Source: Patescibacteria group bacterium
Lineage (GTDB): Bacteria > Patescibacteriota > Patescibacteriia > Patescibacteriales > UBA12465
Length of the DNA stretch: 62,707 bases
Assembly (NCBI GenBank): GCA_028681575.1
Contig: JAQUHX010000001.1
Coordinates: 1-62,707, forward strand
Direction: 5' to 3'
In this document: piece by piece, positions 47,421 to 56,735 of the stretch
Position numbering within the stretch: position 1 is the stretch's first letter
How the letters are laid out: every line of letters starts with the position of its first letter
Program-made: the position numbers and the translations under genes
The notes under the pieces: model-generated
Database searches by the model: none
Told to the model about the DNA's origin: nothing
The model's input: only the letters and a program-made list of their open reading frames with translations

Positions 47421-47578
47421 AAAAGATTACTTTTTCTTAAAATAGACCATCTAAATAAGCCTACTTACTAAATTTTTTCAACGAAGCGGCAATGCCCGCC
47501 TCTTGATTTTTATTTAAATTATTGGTAGCATCTATTTGTTTTAGATAAACTAAAAAAATATAAAATTCAGAATCCAAT

Positions 47579-47842
47579 ATGCCTAATAAGAAATCGGCCG
47601 CTAAAGAGCTGCGCAAGAGCGTTAAGCGCCAAGCAGACAACAAGAAAGTAAAAAAGGCCATGAAAGAAGTAATTAAAACTAGCAACAAGGCGATTGCTGC
47701 TGGCGAAAAGCTTAGTGCCGAAAGTCTAGCTAAAGCTAGCAAATTAATTGATAAGGCCGCCAAAAAAGGAGTTATCAAAAAGAACACTGCCGCCAGACAA
47801 AAATCACGCCTGGTTAAGCGGGCTAATAAAACTACTAAATAA
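47579..47842 (+). CDS. rpsT: 30S ribosomal protein S20
   Basis: MPNKKSAAKELRKSVKRQ... basic 87-aa protein. Confidence 0.9.
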   Translation: MPNKKSAAKELRKSVKRQADNKKVKKAMKEVIKTSNKAIAAGEKLSAESLAKASKLIDKAAKKGVIKKNTAARQKSRLVKRANKTTK

Positions 47843-47919
47843 TAATTTTAAAAAGACTTAATCTCGGATTCGTCGACTAGTCGCCGTCATTCTTGGATTT
47901 AGCCTTAAATACCTATTCT

Positions 47920-48327
47920 ATGTTAGACAAAAAGACTAAAGAAAAAATCATTAAAAAATTTCGAGTTCATGAGAGTGATACCGGCTCTACACAAGTCCAA
48001 ATTGCTATCTTAAGTGAAGAAATCAAACAATTAACCGATCATCTTAAACAACACAAGCAAGATAATTCTTCCCGACGCGGATTATTGAAGAAGGTAAGCG
48101 AACGCCGAAAATTCCTTAAGTATCTACAGAAAGAAAGCGCTGAACAATTTAAAGAATTAGCTACAAAATTAAAGCTAAAAATTGCTGATAAGCTAATCGC
48201 CGAAGAAGAAGAGGAGAAGCTGAGACAAAGCCGTTACACTCCTACTAAAAATGATGAGGAAGAAGAAGTTGAAGAAGAACCAAAAGATTTAAGTGACCTG
48301 GAAGAAGAAAAAATTGACGAAGAATAA
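47920..48327 (+). CDS. rpsO: 30S ribosomal protein S15 with an acidic C-terminal extension
   Basis: HESDTGSTQVQIAILSEEIKQLTDHLKQHKQDNSSRRGLLKKVSERRKFLKYL core. Start taken at ATG 47920. About 48 extra E-rich residues follow the normal end. Confidence 0.9.
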   Translation: MLDKKTKEKIIKKFRVHESDTGSTQVQIAILSEEIKQLTDHLKQHKQDNSSRRGLLKKVSERRKFLKYLQKESAEQFKELATKLKLKIADKLIAEEEEEKLRQSRYTPTKNDEEEEVEEEPKDLSDLEEEKIDEE

Positions 48328-48344
48328 AATAAACAGCGGCCCAT

Positions 48345-48863
48345 ATGATTAAACACCCTGAACAAAGAATTGGTATTCTGGTAGATGTTTCTAACATGTA
48401 CCATTCGGCCAAGAATTTATATAATCGCCGCGTTAACTTCAAAAACGTTCTTAGCGAAGCAGTGGCCGGTCGGAAACTTATCCGAGCCACTGCTTATGTT
48501 ATAAAGAGCGACAATGAAGACGAAATGAACTTTTTTGAAGCTTTAAGTCAGCAAGGATTTGAAGTTAAAATGAAAGACCTGCAAACTTTTGCTGGTGGCG
48601 CCAAAAAAGGAGATTGGGACGTCGGGATTGCTTTAGATGCTATTCGTCTGGCCGACAAATTAGATGTAATTATTCTAGTTTCCGGAGATGGTGACTATCT
48701 TCCCTTACTTTCTTATTTACAAAACAATAAAGGCTGCCTCGTTGAAGTTATTGCTTTCAGAAAAACCTGCTCTACACGCCTGATTGAAGAATCCGATGAT
48801 TTTACTGACTTATCTTCAAATCCTAAATTTTTATTAGGGCGAGGGCAATTAAAAATAAAATAA
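48345..48863 (+). CDS. NYN-domain (LabA/DUF88-like) putative ribonuclease
   Basis: IGILVDVSNMYH, GDWDVGIALDA and LVSGDGDYLPL acidic motifs characteristic of the NYN/LabA fold. Confidence 0.7.
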   Translation: MIKHPEQRIGILVDVSNMYHSAKNLYNRRVNFKNVLSEAVAGRKLIRATAYVIKSDNEDEMNFFEALSQQGFEVKMKDLQTFAGGAKKGDWDVGIALDAIRLADKLDVIILVSGDGDYLPLLSYLQNNKGCLVEVIAFRKTCSTRLIEESDDFTDLSSNPKFLLGRGQLKIK

Positions 48864-48880
48864 TTTAATAAGTTAATATT

Positions 48881-48943
48881 GTTCTGACCGGCAAATACTT
48901 AGTGCTGTAAGCTTTTACAGTCCTTTAATTTGACGGCCAGAAC
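48881..48943 (+). promoter_or_regulatory. Long imperfect stem-loop in the pnp 5' leader
   Basis: Outer arms GTTCTGACCGGCAAAT (48881..48896) and ATTTGACGGCCAGAAC (48928..48943) pair at 14 of 16 positions. Inner perfect stem CTGTAA-GCTT-TTACAG at 48905..48920. No trailing T-run. Ends 8 nt before the pnp ATG. Confidence 0.55.
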
Positions 48944-48951
48944 CACAATGT

Positions 48952-51225
48952 ATGAGTGAACAGATTTTTAAGACCGAGTGGTTGGGCCATGAGCTCACTA
49001 TTAAGACTGGTCGCATTGCGCTTCAAGCCGATGCTTCAGTAACGGTTCAATACGGCGAAACCGTCGCCATGGCTAATGTTGTTCAAGCCAAAAATGAACG
49101 CGAGGGAGTCAATTTCTTCCCTTTAATGGTTGATTTTGAAGAAAAGCTTTACGCTGCCGGAATAATTAAAGGTTCCCAATGGGTAAAGCGCGAAGGTCGG
49201 CCAACCGATCAGTCTGTTTTGACTGGTCGAATGATAGACCGAGCAATTCGTCCACTTTTTAATCAGGATGATCGTCGTGACATTCAAGTAATTGTCTCTG
49301 TTTTGGCTGTAGATAATGAAAATGATTATGATGTTGTCTCTTTGATAGCTGCCTCAGCCGCCCTAGCAATTTCTGGGATCGACTGGGCTGGGCCAATTAG
49401 TGGCGTTCGCATTGGACGCATCGACGGACAATTCGTCTTTAACCCAAGCTACAAACAACAAGCTTTAAGCGACTTAGACATTATTGTCTCTGGAACCAGT
49501 GGTCGCTTACTAATGCTAGAAGCAGCAGCCACCGACATCGCTGACGAAATAGTCTCTGAAGCAATTATTGCCGGCTTAGACAAAATGCAGGGAGCGCTTG
49601 ATTTAATTAATGAAATGAAGGCCAAACTAAAACCGGAACTAAAAGAAAAAACTAAGGAATTGAAAACAAGTGAGGAGTTAGAGACCGAAGAAACGAGAAA
49701 GAAATTACTAAGCGATTCAACCGCTTGGCTAAAACCGCTTATTCCTGGAATTTTATTTGATGCCTCTTATTACACTAAGAAAGAGCGAAAAGCCGCAGTT
49801 GGTGAAATAAAAAAACAGTTAGACCAACACTTATTTGATCAAAAAATTAGTCGTTCTGAACGCCAATGGGTAATTGGAAAGATAGTAGAAACTCTAGTTG
49901 ATGAAGAAATTACTCGCGCTATTTTAGAAAAAAATCATCGCGTTGATGGTCGCAAACTAACCGAAATTCGCCCCCTGTTAGCTGATACGGCTATTTTGCC
50001 ACGCGTACACGGCTCATCTCTTTTCTCCCGTGGCGAAACCCAAGTAATGTCTATCGTCACTTTAGGAGCACCTGGATTAGAACAGTCTCTAGAGGGAATA
50101 GAAGGGGCCAGTAAAAAGCGCTACATGCATCACTACAATTTCCCGCCTTATTCGGTTGGTGAAGTTTCTCCTTTGCGAGGAACTGGCCGCCGCGAAATTG
50201 GCCATGGTGCCTTAGCAGAAAAAGCCATCATGCCTTTGCTGCCAACAAAGGAAGAATTCCCTTATACAATTAGGGTGGTTTCTGAAACTTTAGGATCTAA
50301 TGGCTCCTCTTCAATGGCTTCAACTTGTGCCTCTACTTTAGCTTTAATGGATGCCGGGGTACCACTTAAAAAGCCGGTTGCCGGAATCGCTATTGGGTTA
50401 GCTTCCCTGCCTGATATGAGTCAATGGAAAATTATCACTGACATCCAAGATTTAGAAGACGGTAACGGTGGAATGGATTTCAAAATTACTGGCACAGACA
50501 CTGGCTTAACCGCTATTCAATTAGATACTAAGAGTATTGGCCTAGATGCAACCATGATTAAACAGGCAATCTCTCAAGGGCGAACTGCTTTAAATGAAAT
50601 CTTAACAGTTTTAAAAAATGCTATTGCTGCGCCCCGACCAGAACTATCTCCTTATGCTCCAAGAATTACCAGCTTTTCAATTAATCCAGAAAAAATTGGT
50701 GCTATTATTGGGCCTGGCGGAAAAACCATTAACGGAATTATTGACGAAACCGGAGGCACTGTCAGTATCGATATTGAAGATGACGGCCTAGTAATGGTCT
50801 GCGGCAACGACGCTGAAATGGTTGCCCTTGCTTTAAATCGCCTTCAAGATATTGTCAAGGAGTTTAAAGTTGGTGACGAAGTAAAGGGTAAAGTTGTCCG
50901 TTTGTTAGACTTTGGCGCTTTTGTGGCCTTAACACCTAATCAAGACGGAATGGTTCATGTCAGTGAACTCGCCCCTTACCGAGTTGAAAAACCAAGCGAC
51001 TTTATCAATGTCGGCGACGAGGTAAGCGTTAAGGTTCGAGAAGTTGATAGCCAGGGACGAATTAATTTAACAATGAAGGGTTTAGCTGCGAACGAACACC
51101 TCTGGAAGGAGGAAAAAGGCAAATCCCAAGGTGGTAGCAGTTTTGAAAAAAGCCCTGCTCGTTTTAACAACCGCCCCACCAGCTCTCGTGGTCAGAGCTC
51201 AAGACCTTTTAGACCACGCTCTTAA
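48952..51225 (+). CDS. pnp: Polyribonucleotide nucleotidyltransferase (PNPase)
   Basis: Two RNase PH domains, then KH and S1 domains, 757 aa with a Ser/Arg-rich tail. Confidence 0.95.
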   Translation: MSEQIFKTEWLGHELTIKTGRIALQADASVTVQYGETVAMANVVQAKNEREGVNFFPLMVDFEEKLYAAGIIKGSQWVKREGRPTDQSVLTGRMIDRAIRPLFNQDDRRDIQVIVSVLAVDNENDYDVVSLIAASAALAISGIDWAGPISGVRIGRIDGQFVFNPSYKQQALSDLDIIVSGTSGRLLMLEAAATDIADEIVSEAIIAGLDKMQGALDLINEMKAKLKPELKEKTKELKTSEELETEETRKKLLSDSTAWLKPLIPGILFDASYYTKKERKAAVGEIKKQLDQHLFDQKISRSERQWVIGKIVETLVDEEITRAILEKNHRVDGRKLTEIRPLLADTAILPRVHGSSLFSRGETQVMSIVTLGAPGLEQSLEGIEGASKKRYMHHYNFPPYSVGEVSPLRGTGRREIGHGALAEKAIMPLLPTKEEFPYTIRVVSETLGSNGSSSMASTCASTLALMDAGVPLKKPVAGIAIGLASLPDMSQWKIITDIQDLEDGNGGMDFKITGTDTGLTAIQLDTKSIGLDATMIKQAISQGRTALNEILTVLKNAIAAPRPELSPYAPRITSFSINPEKIGAIIGPGGKTINGIIDETGGTVSIDIEDDGLVMVCGNDAEMVALALNRLQDIVKEFKVGDEVKGKVVRLLDFGAFVALTPNQDGMVHVSELAPYRVEKPSDFINVGDEVSVKVREVDSQGRINLTMKGLAANEHLWKEEKGKSQGGSSFEKSPARFNNRPTSSRGQSSRPFRPRS

Positions 51226-51306
51226 AAATTGACTTTTTCTCAGCATTTGGTTAGAATTGGTTTATTAATTGCCGTTTCGGCCATAACTGACAGACAACAA
51301 AGAATT

Positions 51307-51738
51307 ATGTTAACCATCAAATTATCTAAATTAGGAAAGAAAAATCACAAATTGTTTCGAGTAATTATTAATGAAAAGGGTCGTGATCCTTATGGTCGCG
51401 CCTTAGAAGTTCTTGGATCTTACGATCAATACCAAAAGAAGTTGCAAGTAAAAAATGACCGTGTTACTTATTGGCTCTCCAAGGGAGCGCAAATGACTAA
51501 TACAGTTAACAATTTACTGGTTACTCATGGTGTTATTGACCGTGAAAAAATTATTCCAAAGAAAAAAACTAAGACCAGCGAAAAACGTGAGGCCCAAAAA
51601 AAGGCTAAAGCGGAAAAGCGAAAAGAAGCAGAAAAGGCCGCTACCCCAGAAACACCCGAAGAAAAACCATTAGAGGAAACAGTTGAACCAGAAGAAGTAA
51701 TAAAAGAAGAGATTAAGCCGGAAGAAGCGGCTGTTTAA
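51307..51738 (+). CDS. rpsP: 30S ribosomal protein S16 with a K/E-rich C-terminal extension
   Basis: MLTIKLSKLGKKNHKLFRVIINEKGRDPYGRALEVLGSYD core. ATG 51307 preferred over the listed TTG at 51229. About 60 extra charged residues. Confidence 0.9.
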   Translation: MLTIKLSKLGKKNHKLFRVIINEKGRDPYGRALEVLGSYDQYQKKLQVKNDRVTYWLSKGAQMTNTVNNLLVTHGVIDREKIIPKKKTKTSEKREAQKKAKAEKRKEAEKAATPETPEEKPLEETVEPEEVIKEEIKPEEAAV

Positions 51739-51832
51739 ACTTATTACTTAGCTGCTTTTAGCAGTTATTTATATAATTAACTTTCTTTTTTGTTTGATGT
51801 CTACATTAAACCGGAAAGGAAAAAATAAAACT

Positions 51833-52180
51833 ATGGAAGCTCAAGACAAGCAATTCTTAGAAATGATCGTTAAGAACATCGTCAGCAATCCAGATGATGT
51901 CCAAGTAGATCGCACCGTAGACGAAATGGGTGTGCTCTTGACCCTAAAAATCAACCCGGCAGACATGGGTTATGTCATCGGGCGTAAGGGGCAAACTGCG
52001 CAGGCAATTCGCACCTTATTAAAAATCGTTGGCGCTAAGAACAACTCTCGCGTAAACTTAAAAATTTATGACCCAGAGGGTGGCAAGCGATACGAACAGC
52101 GCCCAGAGGCTGAAAAAACTGAAGCCGCTCCTGCCGAAGGTAGCGATTTAGAATCAGCAATTGATGATTTGCGCATCTAA
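51833..52180 (+). CDS. KH-domain RNA-binding protein (YlqC/UPF0109 family) with a C-terminal extension
   Basis: VIGRKGQTAQAIRTLLK KH GxxG motif. ATG 51833 is preceded by GGAAAGGA. Confidence 0.8.
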   Translation: MEAQDKQFLEMIVKNIVSNPDDVQVDRTVDEMGVLLTLKINPADMGYVIGRKGQTAQAIRTLLKIVGAKNNSRVNLKIYDPEGGKRYEQRPEAEKTEAAPAEGSDLESAIDDLRI

Positions 52181-52195
52181 TAAGTTATCGATTCG

Positions 52196-52227
52196 AAAAG
52201 CCCCGCCCTGCGGGGCTTTTCTTTTTT
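52196..52227 (+). terminator. Intrinsic terminator between the KH gene and trmD
   Basis: AAAGCCCCGC-CCT-GCGGGGCTTT followed by a T-run. Confidence 0.75.
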
Positions 52228-52259
52228 AACAAGTTTAGACGGTGTTTAAATATCTATTT

Positions 52260-52928
52260 ATGAATTTTCAAGCTATCTCTATTTATCCAGAAATTTTTGA
52301 CTCCTACTTTGAGGCCGGAATTTTAAAAAGGGCCAAAGAACAGGGATTAATCAATTTTCAAGCTCACGATTTAAGAAATTGGAGCACTGATAAGTACCAC
52401 AGCATTGACGACACCCCTTATGGCGGTGGGGCGGGGATGATTATGAGGGCAGATATTTGGCAGGCAGCTTTAAGTGATGTAAAAAAGGAAAGCTCTGCAA
52501 AAAAAAGAAAGGTTGTGATGTTGTCTGCCAGTGGTGAGTCTTGGACGCAAGCAAAGGCCGAAGAGTATGCCAGACTAGAAGAAATTATTTTTGTTTGTGG
52601 ACGCTTTGAGGGAATTGATGAGCGAGTTCTCAACTTTGTTGATGAAGAAATTTCTGTGGGTAATTATGTTTTAACTGGCGGCGAACTGCCAGCTCTAATT
52701 ATTATCGACTCTGTTTCCCGCCTGATTCCCAGCGTTCTTGGAAATAGAAGTAGCTTATTCGAAGAATCTCATTCTGAAGCCGGAGTCCTGGAATACCCCC
52801 AATATACAAAACCGCCAGTTCTTGAGGTGGATGGTGAAAAATACTCCGTTCCTGAAATTTTGCTTTCCGGTGATCATGGAAAAATAGCCGCCTGGAAAAA
52901 AGCTAATCGTAAACAAAAAAAGAGCTGA
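52260..52928 (+). CDS. trmD: tRNA (guanine37-N1)-methyltransferase
   Basis: ISIYPEIF N-terminus, DDTPYGGGAGM and CGRFEGIDERV motifs. ATG 52260 preferred over GTG 52242. Confidence 0.9.
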   Translation: MNFQAISIYPEIFDSYFEAGILKRAKEQGLINFQAHDLRNWSTDKYHSIDDTPYGGGAGMIMRADIWQAALSDVKKESSAKKRKVVMLSASGESWTQAKAEEYARLEEIIFVCGRFEGIDERVLNFVDEEISVGNYVLTGGELPALIIIDSVSRLIPSVLGNRSSLFEESHSEAGVLEYPQYTKPPVLEVDGEKYSVPEILLSGDHGKIAAWKKANRKQKKS

Positions 52929-52950
52929 CTTTTAGTCAGCTCTTTTTTTT
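52915..52950. terminator. Bidirectional terminator between trmD and the DHH phosphoesterase gene
   Basis: AGAGCTGACT-TTT-AGTCAGCTCT, a perfect 10-bp stem flanked by A- and T-runs. It overlaps the trmD stop. Confidence 0.8.
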
Positions 52951-52974
52951 AAATAACTTTGTAAATAATTTTTC

Positions 52975-53994
52975 CTAAACAATCTTCCACCTATCACCAT
53001 CTTTTAATAAACGGCCCTTGAGAGTAAAACCTGAAGCTTTGGGGTGACCACCACCACCAAACATTCTCGCCAATTTTGAAACATCAACACCGTCTTGAGA
53101 ACTACGCAAGCTGCCTTTTACTAAACCTTCGGGCTCTTCTCGTAAAACCATAATTGCATCCACCTCAGAAATATTACTCAACCAACCAGCAATCTCACCA
53201 AAGATATCTTGACTAGAGAAACGATTCCACTCTTCACTAGTTGCTGATTTTAAAATCTCATCAACCTCGGGACGAGTCAAAACAGAAAAAGCTAAATTAT
53301 ATTTTTTGTTAAGCCGCAGATTATTAAACGCTAAGCCCCAAAGCTTCATTGTTAACAAACTCTGATTACGAATTAGACGATTAATAATTTTAGTAAACCG
53401 AGCACCACAAGCCACCATCTCTGAGGCAATACTTAAATTATCAATGCTGGTTTTTGAATACAAAAAATTACCTGTATCAGAAAGTAAGCCAGTTAAAATA
53501 CAATCAGCTAAATCTCGATTAATCTCCTCCCCGTTAATTTTTAAAAAATCATAAATGATTTCAGTCGTCGCTGCTTTTTCTGGTAAACGCAGCTCCAGGT
53601 CTGACCAGTGCTCACTGTTAGGGTGATGATCAAATTCAATTAAAAGTGGTCTTTTTGACTTTTCTTTTAAAGATTTAATTTGTTCGGCTAAATTGGTGCG
53701 CGCTAAAGAACCACAATCAACCACAATAATAAGACTATAATTATCTAGCTCGCCCAGACACTCAGGCGTGGCCGCTATTTTCTGAATATGTGGCAAATAA
53801 TCAAAAGTCCCTGTGCTTCTATAGTCAGAACAAAAACCTCGGGCAAAAATATTATATCTCTCCGAAAGCTCTAGTAAGGAACAGACTGAAGACAGGGCAT
53901 CTCCGTCAGGGCTAAGATGACCAATAACTAAAATTCTTGTAGCCGTAACAAAATTATGAAAAATTTCTTTATAAACGGATTCTAATATAGCCAT
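52975..53994 (-). CDS. nrnA: DHH/DHHA1 phosphoesterase (NrnA-like oligoribonuclease/pAp phosphatase)
   Basis: GHLSPDGDALSS, DHHPN and GGGGHPKASG motifs. The start could instead be the listed 54024. Confidence 0.75.
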   Translation of the reverse strand: MAILESVYKEIFHNFVTATRILVIGHLSPDGDALSSVCSLLELSERYNIFARGFCSDYRSTGTFDYLPHIQKIAATPECLGELDNYSLIIVVDCGSLARTNLAEQIKSLKEKSKRPLLIEFDHHPNSEHWSDLELRLPEKAATTEIIYDFLKINGEEINRDLADCILTGLLSDTGNFLYSKTSIDNLSIASEMVACGARFTKIINRLIRNQSLLTMKLWGLAFNNLRLNKKYNLAFSVLTRPEVDEILKSATSEEWNRFSSQDIFGEIAGWLSNISEVDAIMVLREEPEGLVKGSLRSSQDGVDVSKLARMFGGGGHPKASGFTLKGRLLKDGDRWKIV

Positions 53995-54051
53995 AATTAT
54001 TTTTAAAATCACCAATTTTATCAAAATCTTATCATCTTAGTGACAAAACAA

Positions 54052-54085
54052 TAAAAAGTCCAGCTTTCTTGGCTGGACTAAAAAA
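54052..54085 (-). terminator. Intrinsic terminator downstream of rbfA
   Basis: AGTCCAGC (54057..54064) pairs with GCTGGACT (54072..54079). T-run on the minus strand. Confidence 0.65.
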
Positions 54086-54105
54086 TATCTAAATTTTTAA
54101 TAATC

Positions 54106-54429
54106 TTATTCTAAATTATCTAAATACGCCTCCATAGCGGCCGCTTCTTTTTCGGTAGAATCAAAAACAAAACTAAGACGGGGAATCTGCCGCAAACGAA
54201 CCTTTTTAGTTAGGGCGGCGGCAATTGGTCGTGCTGATCGTTTAAGCGCCGCTAAAGCAGTGCCTGCTTGGTTATCTGGCAAAACTGAAACACCAACTGT
54301 CGCCGCCTTCTGATCAACAGAGGCCAAAACATAAACAACCGTAATCAAAACTCCCGGCAAAGCCACTTCACGACTTATTATTCCGGCTAATTCTTCTCTT
54401 AAAACATGATTTAAGCGAACTTGCGACAT
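54106..54429 (-). CDS. rbfA: Ribosome-binding factor A
   Basis: 107 aa with an RbfA-like pattern (LREELAGIISRE...). Positioned immediately downstream of infB. Confidence 0.8.
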   Translation of the reverse strand: MSQVRLNHVLREELAGIISREVALPGVLITVVYVLASVDQKAATVGVSVLPDNQAGTALAALKRSARPIAAALTKKVRLRQIPRLSFVFDSTEKEAAAMEAYLDNLE

Positions 54430-54434
54430 AAATT

Positions 54435-56411
54435 TTAATCCTTTACCTCTTCTTCATGATAGGCTTCTAAAATATCACCTTCCTCGATTATTGGCGCCCC
54501 CTCAAATAAAAGGCCGCACTCATCATTAGTTTGAATTTCTTTAACATCCTGCTTACCGCTCTGCAATTGCACAATTTTTTTAGTTGCAATGAGCTCACCC
54601 GCGCGCTTAACCGCGACCGAACTACCGCTTCTAATATAACCATCTAAAACACGGCCACCGACAATTTGACTATCGGCTTCGGTTCTAAAAATCGCTAAGA
54701 CCTTAATTCTGCCTTCATCGACGCGCTTTGTTTCAACCTTAATCATCTTTTTCATCTTCTCGCGCATATCTTTTATTAAATCATAAATAACCGAATATAT
54801 TTTTATAGATACGCCTTTTTCTCTAATTAAGTTTTCAATCGGTGCGGTCAAGCGGACATTAAAGCCAACAATCTCAGCCCCCGAATCTTCAGCTCGACGA
54901 ACATCGCCTTCGGTAATATTGCCCAAACCTTTAGCTAAAATTTTTGTTCTAACTTTCTCGGTATTTAACTTCAGCAAAGATTCTTCAATTGCCTCCGCTG
55001 AACCCAAAAAGTCCGCCTTAATAATTAAATTAAGCTGAGGGACATCGTCATCGGTTTCTGAAGAAGCCATCGACATTGCCGATTTCACTGTTTGACCAGA
55101 GGCTGTTCTAATTCTTTTGTTTTTAACTCGAGTGCCATTACCAACCTCTAAAATATCCCCAATTTCTGGAGAGATTTTTAAGCCAAGAATTTTAGTCGGA
55201 ACCGATGGCCCTGCTTCTACTATTTCTTCACCTAAATAATTTTTTAAAGATTTAACTTTGCCATAGATAATTTCATTAAAACAAAGCTGGTCGCCAACGC
55301 GTAAAGTACCATTTTGAATTAAAATTGTCGCCACCGGCCCAGCCCCTTTATCAACATTTGACTCAATAACAGTGCCAGCTGCCAAAGCGTCAGGATTAGC
55401 TTTCATAGCGCTACCCTCTGTTTCCGCCAACAATAGAACAACATCTAAAAGTTCTTCAATTCCTAGGCCGTCTTTAGCAGAAATTGGAACGCAAATTGTT
55501 TTTCCGCCCCAATCTTCAGGGGTTATTCCCAAAACAGAAGATAACTCTTGTTTTGTTTTATCTAAATTTGCCTCTGGCTTATCCATCTTATTAATCGCCA
55601 CTAAAAAAGGAATTTTAGCCGCTTCAATAATCCGGCAAGCTTCTACAGTTTGTGGCTTAACACCATCATCAGCAGCAACAACTAAAATAGCGATATCAGC
55701 AACCTTGGCCCCGCGACTACGCATAGCGGTAAAAGCTTCATGCCCCGGAGTATCAATAAAAGTCATTTCCTTCCCCTGCCGTTTAATCTGGTAAGCTCCA
55801 ATGTGTTGAGTGATTCCACCCGCCTCTTGAGCAGCAACATCGGTTAAACGAATTGAATCTAATAATTTAGTTTTCCCATGATCAACATGCCCCATCACAA
55901 CTATTACTGGTGGGCGATTCTGTAAATCACTTTTTTCTTCTTGATCAATAATTCCTTGTAGTTTTTTTTCTTCATCGACTCCTTCAATCAAGTCTGTTTC
56001 CGGTTCAGCTTTAACTTCTAAGTTAAGGCCAGCCCCAATAATAGAAGCGGTATCAAAATCTATTTTTTCATTAATTGAAGCAAAAACACCGTTTTTCATT
56101 AATTCTGCAAGAACACGATTAACCGGAATCCCAGCTAACTCAGAGAAGCTACGAACTGTAATTGTTGCCGAAACAGTAATCGGCTTTTTTTCTTTAGGCA
56201 AATCTTTCTCTTCGCGCTCTTTAGCAAAGGCGGCAGCTCGCTCCATTTCTAAACGTCGCCTAAAAACTGGCCAATTTTTAATAATTTTTTTAGCGGTATT
56301 ATTATCTATCTTAATAGCTTTTTGGCCAACATTAAAACCAATCTTAGGCAAAAGGTCTCTAAGTTCTTGAGGGTTTACTCTTAATTGGCGCGCTAATTCA
56401 GAAATATTCAT
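54435..56411 (-). CDS. infB: Translation initiation factor IF-2
   Basis: VVMGHVDHGKTKLLD G1 motif, DTPGHEAF motif, 658 aa. Confidence 0.95.
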   Translation of the reverse strand: MNISELARQLRVNPQELRDLLPKIGFNVGQKAIKIDNNTAKKIIKNWPVFRRRLEMERAAAFAKEREEKDLPKEKKPITVSATITVRSFSELAGIPVNRVLAELMKNGVFASINEKIDFDTASIIGAGLNLEVKAEPETDLIEGVDEEKKLQGIIDQEEKSDLQNRPPVIVVMGHVDHGKTKLLDSIRLTDVAAQEAGGITQHIGAYQIKRQGKEMTFIDTPGHEAFTAMRSRGAKVADIAILVVAADDGVKPQTVEACRIIEAAKIPFLVAINKMDKPEANLDKTKQELSSVLGITPEDWGGKTICVPISAKDGLGIEELLDVVLLLAETEGSAMKANPDALAAGTVIESNVDKGAGPVATILIQNGTLRVGDQLCFNEIIYGKVKSLKNYLGEEIVEAGPSVPTKILGLKISPEIGDILEVGNGTRVKNKRIRTASGQTVKSAMSMASSETDDDVPQLNLIIKADFLGSAEAIEESLLKLNTEKVRTKILAKGLGNITEGDVRRAEDSGAEIVGFNVRLTAPIENLIREKGVSIKIYSVIYDLIKDMREKMKKMIKVETKRVDEGRIKVLAIFRTEADSQIVGGRVLDGYIRSGSSVAVKRAGELIATKKIVQLQSGKQDVKEIQTNDECGLLFEGAPIIEEGDILEAYHEEEVKD

Positions 56412-56457
56412 AATTTTATCAGTTAAAATCAGGCGTCAGTCGCCAGAAACTCCCTAA

Positions 56458-56486
56458 ATCTTACGCTAATTAGGGTTTTTCGTCAA
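56458..56486 (-). promoter_or_regulatory. Candidate infB promoter (TTGACG-17-TAAGAT)
   Basis: Minus strand: -35 at 56486..56481 and -10 at 56463..56458, about 45 nt upstream of the infB ATG. Confidence 0.4.
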
Positions 56487-56735
56487 ATATTAGGGGCTAA
56501 AATAAACAAATCCCATCTTTACAAAGTTAGCTTTTAGTGCTAGAGTAAATTTATAAGATTTTTAATTAGGTTGTTTCTGGAACTTAAACCCTGTTTACCG
56601 TCGCTTAATATTTTTAGTTTTTTATCTCCTGTTTACGATTTTTAGCTATCAATATAATATTTTTCTAACTCTAATTATTTTTAATTGAGAGTAGGCGCGT
56701 CGGCCGTCGGTTTTTCTAAAAACAACCGCAACCAT

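Noticed and set aside
47461-47787. 108-aa minus-strand ORF opposite rpsT
   Set aside because: It is antisense to a canonical S20 gene. The hydrophobic and Leu-rich translation is a complement artefact of the Lys/Ala-rich S20.
56412-56735. Small RNA or riboswitch in the 324-bp infB/rny spacer (hairpin CCCTAA…TTAGGG plus T5 at about 56452..56480)
   Set aside because: The hairpin overlaps the best infB promoter candidate on the opposite strand. I saw no conserved riboswitch core, and no tmRNA, SRP, RNase P or 6S signatures. This is unresolved, but I have no positive evidence.
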